Assembly: GCA_964016885.1 (NCBI GenBank)
Contig: OZ024754.1
Location: forward strand, 29,016,001 to 29,080,000
Direction: 5' to 3'
DNA from: Eledone cirrhosa
Lineage: Eukaryota
DNA: 64,000 nucleotides
Part shown: positions 28,370 to 39,897 of the stretch, one piece after another
Numbering within the stretch: the first letter of the stretch is position 1
Layout: each line of letters starts with the position of its first letter
Translations under genes and position numbers: made by a program
Notes under the pieces: model-generated
The model's input: the letters and a program-made list of their open reading frames with translations, nothing else
The model's database searches: none
Told to the model about the DNA's origin: nothing

Positions 28370-28810
28370 GCGCAGTGGTTTGGCAGTATTGGTAGAGCGT
28401 CAGACACCATGCTTTGCAGCACAGAGTTATGGCCCTTTACATCATGAGTTCAAATTCCCGCCGAGGTTAACTTTGCCTTCCATCCTTATGGAGTCGATAA
28501 AATAAAGTACCAGTCATGCACTGGGTCGATTTCGACTTTCCCCTCCCCTATAATTGCTGGCCTTGTTCCTATATAAGAAACCATTATTATTGTTGTTGTG
28601 GATTGGGTGGGGGATTGGCAGTATTGGTAGAGAGTCAGACGCCATGCTTTGAAGCATGAGTTACGTCCCTTTATGATCTGAGTTCAAATCCTGCCGAGGT
28701 CACCTTTGCCTTTCATCCTTATGGGGTCGATAAAATAAAGTATCAGTAATGTACTGGGATAATTGCTGGCCTTGTGCCAAAAGTATAAACAATTATTATT
28801 GTTGTTGTTG
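28370..28810 (+). mobile_element. Two head-to-tail Meta-like SINE copies
   Basis: Copies at about 28370-28595 and 28605-28810, each with A box, B box, central domain and ATT/GTT tail. Confidence 0.85.
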
Positions 28811-29467
28811 AATTTGCGCAGCAATAATCCCCTCCCATACATCTCTAGATATTTAACCCATCTCAGTGTTCTCGCTATAATAACGAAGCATGCTTTCTCT
28901 AGTACTTATTATGATTATTTGAAACTTCCTTTGAATTCTGCTTCTTTCCCAAACCATGCTGAGTGTCAACCTGACACCTGAAGCAAATCTATTATTTGTT
29001 TCCACGCAAAACCCACACACCAACACACACACATACACACACTCTGTTTTTCGTCCTGTACTGTCATAATGTTTTTCTTGATGTAAACCCTGTGAGGTTA
29101 ATAAAGAAATCATTATTGTTGTTGTGGTTTGATTGATAGGTTTCTCATATATTATCTTTATACCTTTCACACTTATTTCTTATTTCGATATATTCTGTTT
29201 GTAATAAAGATGTTTGCAGATTATTTACCAAATCCTGAATCCACCCAGCATGTATCCTCAGGATTTTGCTTCTCCTCCACAAACCTCTTTAGATATGTTT
29301 CTTTGAGTTTCAGCATTTGATTTTGTCACCTCAAAAGTCACCCTACCTAACAAAATACAAGTATATATCCCAAACTGCCTCATTCTTAGATATTTTCTTC
29401 AAACTTCCTAGTATTTCTGATTACATCATCATCATCGCTTGTACATTCATATTTCCATGCCTACATG

Positions 29468-30762
29468 GGTTAGACAACTCTTCTTGACTATAATATCACA
29501 CTACTTCTCTCTTTCTATGCCTGCATGGGTTAGACAATTCTTCTTGACTATAGCATCACACTACCTCTCATCAGTTAATCAAGTCTTCTCTACTATAACA
29601 TCACACCACTTCTCTCTTTTATCAGTTAGGCATCTCTTCTTGACTATAACATCACACCACTTCTCTCTTTCATCAGTTAGACATCTCTTGTTGACTATAA
29701 TGTCACACCACTTCTCTCTTTCATCAGTTAGACATCTCTTCTTGACTATAACATCACACCACTTCTCTCTTTCATCAGTTAGACATCTCTTCTCTACTAT
29801 AACATCACACCACTTCTCTCTTTCATCAGTTAGACATCTCTTCTCTACTATAACATTACACCACTTCTCTCTTTCATCAGTTAGACATCTCTTCTTGACT
29901 ATAACATCACACCACTTCTCTGTTTCACCAGTTAGACATATCTTCTCTACTATAACATCACACCACTTCTCTCTTTCATCAGTTAGACATCTCTTCTTGA
30001 CTATAACATCACACCACTTCTCTCTTTCATCAGTTAGACATCTCTTCTTGACTATAACATCACACCACTTCTCTCTTTCACCAGTTAGACATATCTTCTC
30101 TACTATAACATCACACCACTTCTCTCTTTCATCAGTTAGACATCTCTTCTTGACTATAACATCACACAACTTCTCTCTTTTTCATCAGTTAGTCATCTCT
30201 TCTTGACTATAACATCACACCACTTCTCTCTTTCATCAGTTAGACATATCTTCTTGACTATAACATCATACCACTTCTCTCTTTCATCAGTTAGACATCT
30301 CTTCTTGACTATAACATCACACCACTTCTCTCTTTCATCAGTTAGACATCTCTTCTTGACTATAACATCACACCACTTCTCTCTTTCATCAGTTAGACAT
30401 CTCTTCTCTACTATAACATCACACCACTTCTCTCTTTCATCAGTTAGACATCTCTTCTTGACTATAACATCACACCACTTCTCTCTTTCACCAGTTAGAC
30501 ATCTCTTCTTGACTATAACATCACACCATTTCTCTCTTTCACCAGTTAGACATCTCTTCTTGACTATAACATCACACCACTTCTCTCTTTCACCAGTTAG
30601 ACATCTCTTCTTGACTATAACATCACACCATTTCTCTCTTTCACCAGTTAGACATCTCTTCTTGACTATAACATCACACCATTTCTCTCTTTCACCAGTT
30701 AGACATATCTTCTCTACTATAACATCACACAACTTCTCTCTTTCCCTGTTTTCATCAGTTAG
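29468..30762. repeat. 51-bp minisatellite, about 25 copies
   Basis: tcatcagttagacatctcttcttgactataacatcacaccacttctctctt; accounts for the repetitive ORFs at 29439-30766. Confidence 0.97.
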
Positions 30763-32276
30763 TTAACCTTCTCCTTTCTATTTTGTTGCAATTGAGAAAT
30801 GAAAATGGACAATTATAATTGCACTTCTATTAATTCAAATTTATTATATTTCTTAAGTGAATGATTTAAGTACAAATGTTCTGTTTCCAGACATTTTCTG
30901 CAATCTCTCTCTACAATTACTGTCTAATTATTACACTTAACACTAACAATTTATGTTATAATAATTAATGCAGATTAATAGAAAATGTTATATTTCAGAT
31001 TTTTATTTATCATTTTTAAATTACTTACTATATAGTTGACATCATTACAGAGGACAAGACAATATTACAGCGTACAGTTATTAAATTTTGTTATACCAAA
31101 CCACCTGAACCTCTCCTGCTTAGACAATAATCTACTAATATAATAGCTTTGTGTATTTGTCCGTACTGCAGCAGAGATGACTGAGAAAGGAAGGGGTGAT
31201 TACATCGACTGAGGAAGGGAGGGGTGATTACGTCGACTGATGAAGGAAGGGGTGATGAAAGTAGCATCTAATATTCGCTACACCTGTGTGTGTGTATATG
31301 TATAGTGAATTGGCTACACGCATTGGCTGTTATGATTAAGTGAGTGTTTGTGTGTATATGTGTGTTTGTATAAATTTTATTTATATAATATTTGTGTGAG
31401 TCTATATGTGTTTGTGTGTTTATTTAGAAATATACATAGACAATAGAATTACAAACACATATGAATCTACACATATATATAAACAGACACACATATACAA
31501 ACACATATGAATCTACACATATATATATATAAACAGACACACTTAGAAAAAAATAATTATTGCATACACACACATCGATGTGATGACTGAGAAAGGAGTG
31601 GGGAATTACAATTAGCCATAATTTTTTATGGCATCGGGCTAGCTAGTGTGTTTATATATATATATTTTTTTTAAATTTCAACATAGTTTACATCTGAGAA
31701 ACTTTATGTTATGTCCCAAATGCCAACTGAAAATAATGAATATAACTGTGAGTGTGTGTCTGTGAGTCATATACATATACACCAGGTCCGAACACAGAGG
31801 AACCAAACTCCCACTCTCACTGCCTCTGTCTTTCCTGCTCTCCCCATCTCTCACTATGTGAGCAAATGGGGGCTGCCTCACAGCCCTGGCAGACTGGCTA
31901 CCCTGGTGGACAGAATAGAGAAGGTGTTTCCCTGGAGAATGGTGAGAGAGACACGTTGGAAATGCCATTCCAGCTTGTGAGGCTCACACTTGTGGCTAGC
32001 CAAAAAATGAGAAAGCCAGTTATATTACTAAATCCATCCAAATTCTTGATTATTTTCAAAATTATTTGAAAATTGTTGGCAGTACTTTTCATTAGAAATA
32101 TGGTAAGATATTTATAACAACTAGTACTATTGTTTATTACTTTTGCCTTCTCTAATTGATTTTCTTAGAATTTGTTTCAGATTTCTGAATATAAAGTGAT
32201 TCCATGTTATCAATAATCATTGCTTTATTTTAATACATAGAACCAAGTTTTCAACTTTGTTATATTTATATTTCAG

Positions 32277-32405
32277 GTTGACTGGATAACAATGAATTTT
32301 GTACCATTTTCTGAGAAGACTATTGAGATGGTTATAGAATTATACCGCAACACTGCCAAGCACCCTGCTGTTATACAAGCCCATGTTCTACAACATATAA
32401 TTAAG
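32277..32405 (+). CDS. MON2: MON2 homolog, internal exon A (VDWITMNFVPFSEKTIEMVIELYRNTAKHPAVIQAHVLQHIIK)
   Basis: tttcag acceptor, AAG|gtttg donor, 129 nt, phase 0-0. Peptide matches my recollection of the metazoan MON2 C-terminal region ([31 protein letters not shown]...VLQNIIK). Confidence 0.93.
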
Positions 32406-32744
32406 GTTTGTTACCTAAAATATACTAATTTTCACTTTAATATATTAAAATTATTGGTCTGCCTACCCAGTCAGTGGTGTGGCATTGGAAGAATTAAATC
32501 AATGTAAAAAAACATGTTCATCTCTTATAGGTCAATTGGCCTACTCTGCAGCAGTGGATTCATTGGAGCATTAGACAGAGTGATTTGTTCTGGATCCATA
32601 TGTTATGAATTCAAATCATGCTATAGTCGGTCAGCTTTCCTCTTACTCCAAACTGTTGGCCTTCGGCCTACATCTTAAGCCGTTATGTTTCTTAATGCTC
32701 AAATTCTTCTCTGAAATATTAATATTTACTGGTTCAATTTTCAG

Positions 32745-32862
32745 GCATTCAGACTCCCCCTGGGACTAAAGTATGGCTGCCCCTCACCAACTACCTGGAT
32801 GTTGTCAATAAATGCCCTCCTTACAATTTTGAACCTTGGTTTACCTGTTGCTAGAAAACATG
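32745..32862 (+). CDS. MON2: MON2 exon B (AFRLPLGLKYGCPSPTTWMLSINALLTILNLGLPVARKH)
   Basis: ttttcag acceptor, G|gtaaga donor, 118 nt, phase 0-1. Matches MON2 motif PLSLKYSCPSESTWKLAV...GLPVARQH. Not in the supplied ORF track. Confidence 0.93.
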
Positions 32863-34639
32863 GTAAGAGTCTCAATTTCTTTTCTTTATTTTTTGCAATT
32901 AGATATTTGTTTGGGCTTTTTAAGAAAACATACTATATATATCCATATGTATAAGTCACAACTTTTTCCATGGAAACATGATGTAGAAAACCAGCCAGCA
33001 ACATATTACTAGAATTTTTTTTTTTTTTTTTCTATCGATCACCAAAATCCAAGACCTCATTCACTTACTGAGTTGGGTGTATCTTGTCAAATTGAACTGA
33101 GGAAACAATGTCTCCATTGGCCTTTCCATTGCTGATATTATCTACCAGCCACAATTCCATGCAGAAATAACAATGTGAAATAAAATGTCTTGCTCAAGGA
33201 CATAACACATCGCCTGGTCCAGGAATCAAACTTGCAACCTCATGATTGCGAATCCAATTACCTAGCCTCTAAGTCATGCCCCTTCACTAACTGGACTTCA
33301 AACAATATGGTGGTACATTGTAAATGTTTTAGGTAAAATGTAAAAACGTTTAATAAATTTGCTTCATAATCATAAGGTTCCAGGATTGATTCCACTGCTT
33401 GGTATCTTGAGAAAGTGTCATTTACAATAACATTGGGTTGACTCAAGCCTTGCTAGTGGAATTAGGTAAACATAAACTATTAACCTCTACACAGAACCCT
33501 TTCTACCCTGAATAGCATCCCTCTGGAATTCTCTTGCAGTTTGTCTCGGAGGAGTGAACATAAAATAATTTTATCAGAACATTAAAGGTATCTCTATGAA
33601 CTCTATGACTATTGCCCACTTCACCAGATAACCCCGAAGTTCTTCCTACACAGGATGGAAGCTTTCTGTAATATTCTTTTGTTTCACGTCTTTCTCAAAA
33701 AAGTGAACCTGAAACAATTTAGACATCAATGGTACCAATCTCGCTGATCTCAGAGATCCTGGGAAATAAGCAAAAGAAACAAAAGTAAAACCCCACTAAT
33801 TATAAGTGTTGTTTGTGTTTTCTTAGACAATATAGGTTTATGGTGTTAAACTCTTGATATGTTCTGTTATATTGTTGTTTTTTTTTTTTTTTTTTTTTTG
33901 ACTTATAACTAGATAAGCTAAATGAAAATCAATTCCACTCTTAAAAACATTTTAATTTTATTATTTTCTTTGGAAATTATTAGCTGTAGCATTTTCACCA
34001 GTTTACAGATAATCTATCTCCAATGGAATCTTGGAGAAATGTTCTTATTTTATTTATTTCTTCCCAACAACAAAGCAAACTTCTTGATTTCCTTTTTTTT
34101 TTATTACTAAACAATGATAGTTAGTTCTAGTATTAAAAAGTTGGGCTACTGACCACCTACACAGTTATACAAACAAAGCATACTTCTAGCCAATGGATTA
34201 AAGTGCTAGACTCATAATTGAAAGGTCATGGATTCAATCCTTTGATTGGGTATTGTTATACTGCTAAGTGTAGCCCTCCAGCACCCAGCCATGACTGCAC
34301 CAATATGAGTTTGTGTGAAATTTCTAGTTTCTATAGTATATTTTGCTTACATGATGGTTAATATTGTACTTTATATCATTATAGTTACTTCTTGGGTGTA
34401 TCTGGCTTAGAATAGGTAGACTTTGTCCTTCCATTTCAGAAGAGGTTATTAAGAGTTGGCACTAAGAAGGGCTTTCAGCTGCAAACCACTACCTTAAAAA
34501 GAGTCACATGAGTATGAAGAATGTGATGGGACCTGAAAGGCTACCCTCTGCTTTAGCAAGGAAAATAAATAATCTTAAAATGTTTGTTGTGTATAATATA
34601 ATATACAATATATATATATATATATATATCAGATATATA

Positions 34640-35375
34640 TATCAGATATTGAGTTAGAAACTCAAAATAGTCTCTTACAATTAAATAGCTCAAAAAAAGA
34701 AGTTTTTCTGAGTCGTGTAATATAATTGAATATACAAGAGAGATAAACACAGATATAAACATACATGTTTTCAAATTGTAAGGGACCAAGTTCACCAGGG
34801 TGAAAAAAATACTAACTATAACAATATGGTTTGCCAGACTCAATTCAAAGTAATAAATCAAGAAAAAGAACAACAAACCTATATTGGGTAACTGCCTGAA
34901 ACACCCAGACAGCTTTGGTAGCTGTTTCGCAATTTATTTAACGAAACAGCTAAATCTGTATTGTCGAGCTAATTTAAATGTCATATAAACTTGGCTGCTA
35001 TTTTTAGCAGGGTATGTTTATGAGACATGCTAGGTTCTGATGCCATGTGCATTGTTTCATATTCACACACTATTCAGTCTTTTGATATACTTAGAAGTGG
35101 AGGGATTACTAATTTTTACACCCACTGAAGAGCAGAAAATTGGTGATTTCCTTTGCTAAATAAATTGCGAAACAGCTACCAAAGCTGTCTGGGTGTTTCA
35201 GGCAGTTGCCCAATATAGGTTTGTTGTTCTTGTTCTTGATTTACTACTTTAAATTGAGTCTGGCAAACTATATTGTTATAGTTAGTACTTTTTTCACCCT
35301 AGTGAACTTGGTCCCTTACATTTCGAACACATGTATGTTTATATTTGTGTTTATCTCTCTTGTATATTCAATTAT
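34640..35375 (+). mobile_element. Short PLE-type insertion with inverted pseudo-LTR
   Basis: Inverted arms of about 220 bp (34722-34940 and 35157-35375), one-sided tail 34640-34721, (TA)n flanks, contains a hammerhead. Confidence 0.75.
35118..35196 (+). ncRNA. Type I hammerhead ribozyme, canonical
   Basis: acaccca CTGAAGA gcag..ttgc GAAAC agct accaa agct GTC tgggtgt. Stem I 7 bp, stem II 4 bp, stem III 6 bp, GUC cleavage triplet ending at 35189. Confidence 0.88.
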
Positions 35376-35632
35376 TTATATATATATATATATAATAGAA
35401 CTTTGTGTGTATCTAGCTGGAAGCTGTAAAACATTGTCTGGAAAGGGACCCATGGTATGCATGAGGCTATACAAGGTTAATCCTTGCTTTAGTAAGGAAA
35501 ATCACCTAAAAAAACCACATGAATGCTGTTATAGATATATGTACAAGAAAATGGCCTAACAGAATGTAGGATACTGTTGCAGCTAATATATTGAAATCTC
35601 TATCATTTCATTTTATTTTTGTTTGTGTTTAG

Positions 35633-35699
35633 AAGCTGATTTTCAAAACATGTGGCCAGAGTTGGCACTAACCCTTGAAGATTTCCTCTTCTCTAAAAA
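35633..35699 (+). CDS. MON2: MON2 exon C (EADFQNMWPELALTLEDFLFSK)
   Basis: Pyrimidine tract plus tttag acceptor, AA|gtaagt donor, 67 nt, phase 1-2, in frame with exon B. Matches MON2 FDSMWPELANTFEDFLFTK. Confidence 0.92.
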
Positions 35700-36654
35700 G
35701 TAAGTAATTTGAAATTATATTTACTATATACTATTCAATGTAGGAAATATTTCTCTATGCTTTACAAGAGCTGAAATACATTATTGCTTTGATGTAATGT
35801 ATGTGTGTAGCTGATCTGTGACTTTATGAGGTTATCTGCTGTATCAACACTGGTTGTGTATTAACCTGTATGTTTGTATATCTTCTTAGCTACATAAAGT
35901 ATATATGTATGTATGTGTATGTGCGCGTGTGTATGCATCAGTGCATATGTGTGTATGTATATAAGTGTATTCATATATATATGTATATATATATATATAT
36001 TTTTTTTTTATATATGTATATATATATATAAATATATGTGTGTATAAATATATGTATATATATAAATATATATGTGTGCTTATATATACATATATATATA
36101 TATATATATTACCATTGATACCTATGCTGTGTCTGTCAACTTCTTATTATATATACATATATATATATTTATGTATATATATATAAATATATATGTGTGT
36201 ATAAATATATATATATTTATGGAATAGAATGAAACAAAATTTCATTTCTCACTCTTAGTACAGCACTTACTTAAATGTAAGTATTTATGTATACGCACAT
36301 ACATATATGTATACGCACATACATATATGTATACAGACGTACAGTAGTATGTATATATATACATACATGCACACATATATATATGCACGTATCGGTTTAC
36401 TGAACATTTATTATAATGCTCGGTTTGTTTGTTTGTAAACAAACAGCCCGAATTATGCCGTACAGTGTTAGGCAACCACGTCACCTTTTTGTTCAACACT
36501 GACACAGGACACAGAACATACTTATATATTTATGCATATATATAAATATATATGTGTGTGCGTGTATATATATATTACACACATATATATTTATATATAT
36601 GCATAAATATATATATATATATACACACACACATATATATTTATATATATATGC

Positions 36655-36710
<56 letters not shown>

Positions 36711-36747
36711 GCATATATATAAATATATATGTGTGTGTGTATATATA

Positions 36748-37030
36748 ATCATCATCATCAACGTTTAACGTCTATCTTCCACGCTAGCATGGGTTTAGAC
36801 GGGAATTTGTCCTACTTGAGGCAAGATTGGTCGGGTCACCATGTGTTGCTCGTATAGGGCTGTCTGGCAGGTTTTCTACGACTGGATGCCCTTCCTAACA
36901 CCAACCACGTTTACAGTGTGGAACTGAGAGGTTTTTACCGTGTTACCTACATGGCCACATTACAGCATGGACTGTGTTTTTTTTTTTGTCGTGACACCTA
37001 CAAAACCTCATTTATTTTGGACTGGATGTT
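36748..37030 (-). mobile_element. RTE/SINE 3' end with (GAT)n tail
   Basis: cttccacgctagcatgggttt terminal motif shared with the RTE 3' end. Relatives at 1-105(+), 3948-4012(+), 13486-13543(+), 25038-25085(+), 48016-48062(-), 52868-53130(-) and 57219-57325(-). Confidence 0.78.
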
Positions 37031-37147
37031 GTGGTACCAACATAGCTTTACAGAGAAAGGGTGGTGTTTGTGGGAGTAGGCGTAGTGGGATGGGGTATAT
37101 ATTTGGTTATATATATATATATATATTTATATATATACACACACATA

Positions 37148-37486
37148 CATGGCTTAGTGGTTAGAGCATTGGCCTTGCAATCGAAAGGTTGGGAGTTCAA
37201 TTCTCAGACCGAGTGATGTGTTGTTTCCTTGAGCGAGACACTTTATTTCACATTGCTCCAGTTTACTCAGCTGTAGAAATGAGATGATAGGGACTGGGGT
37301 CCCTATCATCCCACTGTAAAGTGGTTGTGGAGGTGCCACGGAAAAAAAAGCACCCAGCACTCACTGTAAATGAGGTTGGTGTTAGGAAGGGCATCCAGCT
37401 GTAGAAATCAAGCCAGAATCAGTTCCCGTCCCACCCTTGCAAGCAGGGAAAAGTGGACGTAAAATGATGATGATGATGATGATGAT
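37148..37486 (+). mobile_element. tRNA-derived SINE with RTE-type (GAT)n tail
   Basis: Same family as 11644-11990. Related heads at about 33160-33290(-), 48200-48325(-), 58980-59105(-) and 15870-15960(+). Confidence 0.85.
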
Positions 37487-37514
37487 ACATATATTTATAT
37501 ATATATACACACAC

Positions 37515-37550
<36 letters not shown>

Positions 37551-37587
37551 ATACACACACACACACCAACATATACACATATGTATA

Positions 37588-37623
<36 letters not shown>

Positions 37624-37932
37624 CTTAATACATGTATCTTAATACATATATATATATATATATACTTAATACATGTATCTTTCTAGAGTGTTCATTCTTC
37701 ACATGACTTCCCCTTTCATCTTCTCTGACACTTTTGATGAAGAACCTGTTCTTGCAGAAATATTACAATATTGCATTTTCCTTTTTTTACTCTTTTTTCT
37801 TTTTCATTTTCCTGTGCCTGTGTTCCATGTCTCCTATTTTTATTTTACATTCACCATTATTACCTTTTATTAATCATTATTATTATTATTATGCACTGGG
37901 TAATTGCTGGCCTTCTGCCAAAAGTAGAAACA

Positions 37933-37965
<33 letters not shown>

Positions 37966-38261
37966 TTGCGGTTGTTGAATAGAAAAAATAAGCAAGTTCA
38001 TCTTTTCTGTCCAGTGGCTTGTTATATATTTTCATCATTGTTCTACCTGACAGTCCACTCTGTGGTTGTCATTCTGTTTGGTTTTGCCAGAATTTTTTTT
38101 TTTTTTAGTGTGTCTTTTTCTTCTGCTGCCTGCTGCCCTGTCCTTACCCCCCTCCCTCCCATTTCTATATCTATGTTTATTGCTTTCTCTTTAGCTCCAG
38201 ATGAATAATGTTGATATTTTGTCTTTCTTTTCTGAATAAGAATATTATGATGTAGAAACAC

Positions 38262-38465
38262 ATTATAATAATAATGTGTTTCTACATTCGGCACAAGGCC
38301 AGCAATAACTCCAGTGCATTACTGGTACTTTATTTTATCGACCCCGTAAGGGTCATAGGCAAAGTTAACCTCGGCGGGATTTGAACTCAGACCGTAAAGG
38401 GCCATAACTCTATGCTGCAAAGCATGGCGTCCGACTCTCTCCCGATCCTGCCACTCCACCGTCCT
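38262..38465 (-). mobile_element. Meta-like SINE copy
   Basis: Full-length reverse-complement copy with ATT tail. Confidence 0.85.
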
Positions 38466-38659
38466 AGGTGTTGGGGAAGACAGTCGAGCAAGAAATGGAG
38501 ACAAAAACAAAGAGAGAAAACACAAATAACAACAACAACAACTACAACAAAAATCTCACTAAAAATCTACTGATGAACCTTATTTTATATGCAACAGCAA
38601 TCTGTGTAAATAATGGCAATAATTGGAAACCAAATGTAATAATGGTAATACTGGTGTTG

Positions 38660-39594
38660 GTGATATATATTGTGTGTGTTGATATATATATGTATATATA
38701 TTGTGTGTTGATATATATATGTATATATATTGTGTGTGTTGATATATATATGTATATATATTGTGTGTGTTGATATATATATGTATATATATTGTGTGTG
38801 TTGATATATATATGTATATATATTGTGTGTGTGTTGATATATATATATGATATATATATGTATATATATATTGTGTGTGTTGATATATATATATGTATAT
38901 ATATTGTGTGTGTTGATATATATATGTATATATATGTATATATATGGTGTGTGTTGATATATATATGTATATATATGTATATATATGGTGTGTGTTGATA
39001 TATATATGTATATATATTGTGTGTGTTGATATATATATGTATATATATTGTGTGTGTGTTGATATATATATATGATATATATATATGTATATATATATTG
39101 TGTGTGTTGATATATATATATGTATATATATTGTGTGTGTTGATATATATATGTATATATATTGTGTGTGTGTTGATATATATATATGATATATATATGT
39201 ATATATATATTGTGTGTGTTGATATATATATATATGTATATATATTGTGTGTGTTGATATATATATGTATATATATGTATATATATGGTGTGTGTTGATA
39301 TATATATGTATATATATGTATATATATGGTGTGTGTTGATATATATATGTATATATATTGTGTGTGTTGATATATATATGTATATATATTGTGTGTGTTG
39401 ATATATATATGTATATATATTGTGTGTGTTGATATATATATGTATATATATTGTGTGTTGATATATATATGTATATATATTGTGTGTGTTGATATATATA
39501 TATGTATATATATTGTGTGTGTTGATATATATATGTATATATATTGTGTGTGTTGATATATATATGTATATATATTGTGTGTGTTGATATATAT
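38660..39594. repeat. About 31-bp AT/GT minisatellite, left part
   Basis: (gatatatatatgtatatatattgtgtgtgtt)n. Confidence 0.92.
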
Positions 39595-39897
39595 ATCATC
39601 ATCATCATCATCATCACCGTTTTACGTCCGTTCTTCCACGCTAGCATGGGTTAGACGGGTTGTCCTGTTGTGGGCAGTGTCTGGTCGGCTGACCATGCCT
39701 TGCTCATACAGGAACTGATCTGGCTTGATTTCTACAGCTGGATGCCCTTCCTAACACCAACCTCATTTACAGTGAGTGCTGGGTGCTTTTTCGTGGCGCC
39801 TACACGTCCACTTTACAGTGTGGGCTGGGTGCTTTTTTGCCGTGGCACCTCCACGACCACCTTGCGGTGGGGGGGGGGGGCATATTGTTTATATGCT

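Noticed and set aside
29580-30460. CTGATGA in most minus-strand units, suggesting a tandem hammerhead or retrozyme satellite
   Set aside because: No pairable stem II and no correctly placed GAAA/stem III; some units read CTGGTGA.
29439-30766. Repeat-protein-like ORFs (TITSHHFSLSSVRHLFL / CDVIVKKRCLTDEREKW)
   Set aside because: By-product of a 51-bp (17-codon) tandem repeat, open on both strands and broken by a frameshift.
37148-37215. tRNA-like A/B boxes (also about 11930-11990, 28375-28460 and 48255-48320)
   Set aside because: SINE heads that continue into SINE bodies; no complete cloverleaf.
37728-37775. TTGATGA agaac..gttct..GAAA hammerhead-like string
   Set aside because: U3 without the compensatory A8, extra bases before GAAA, and no convincing stems I or III.
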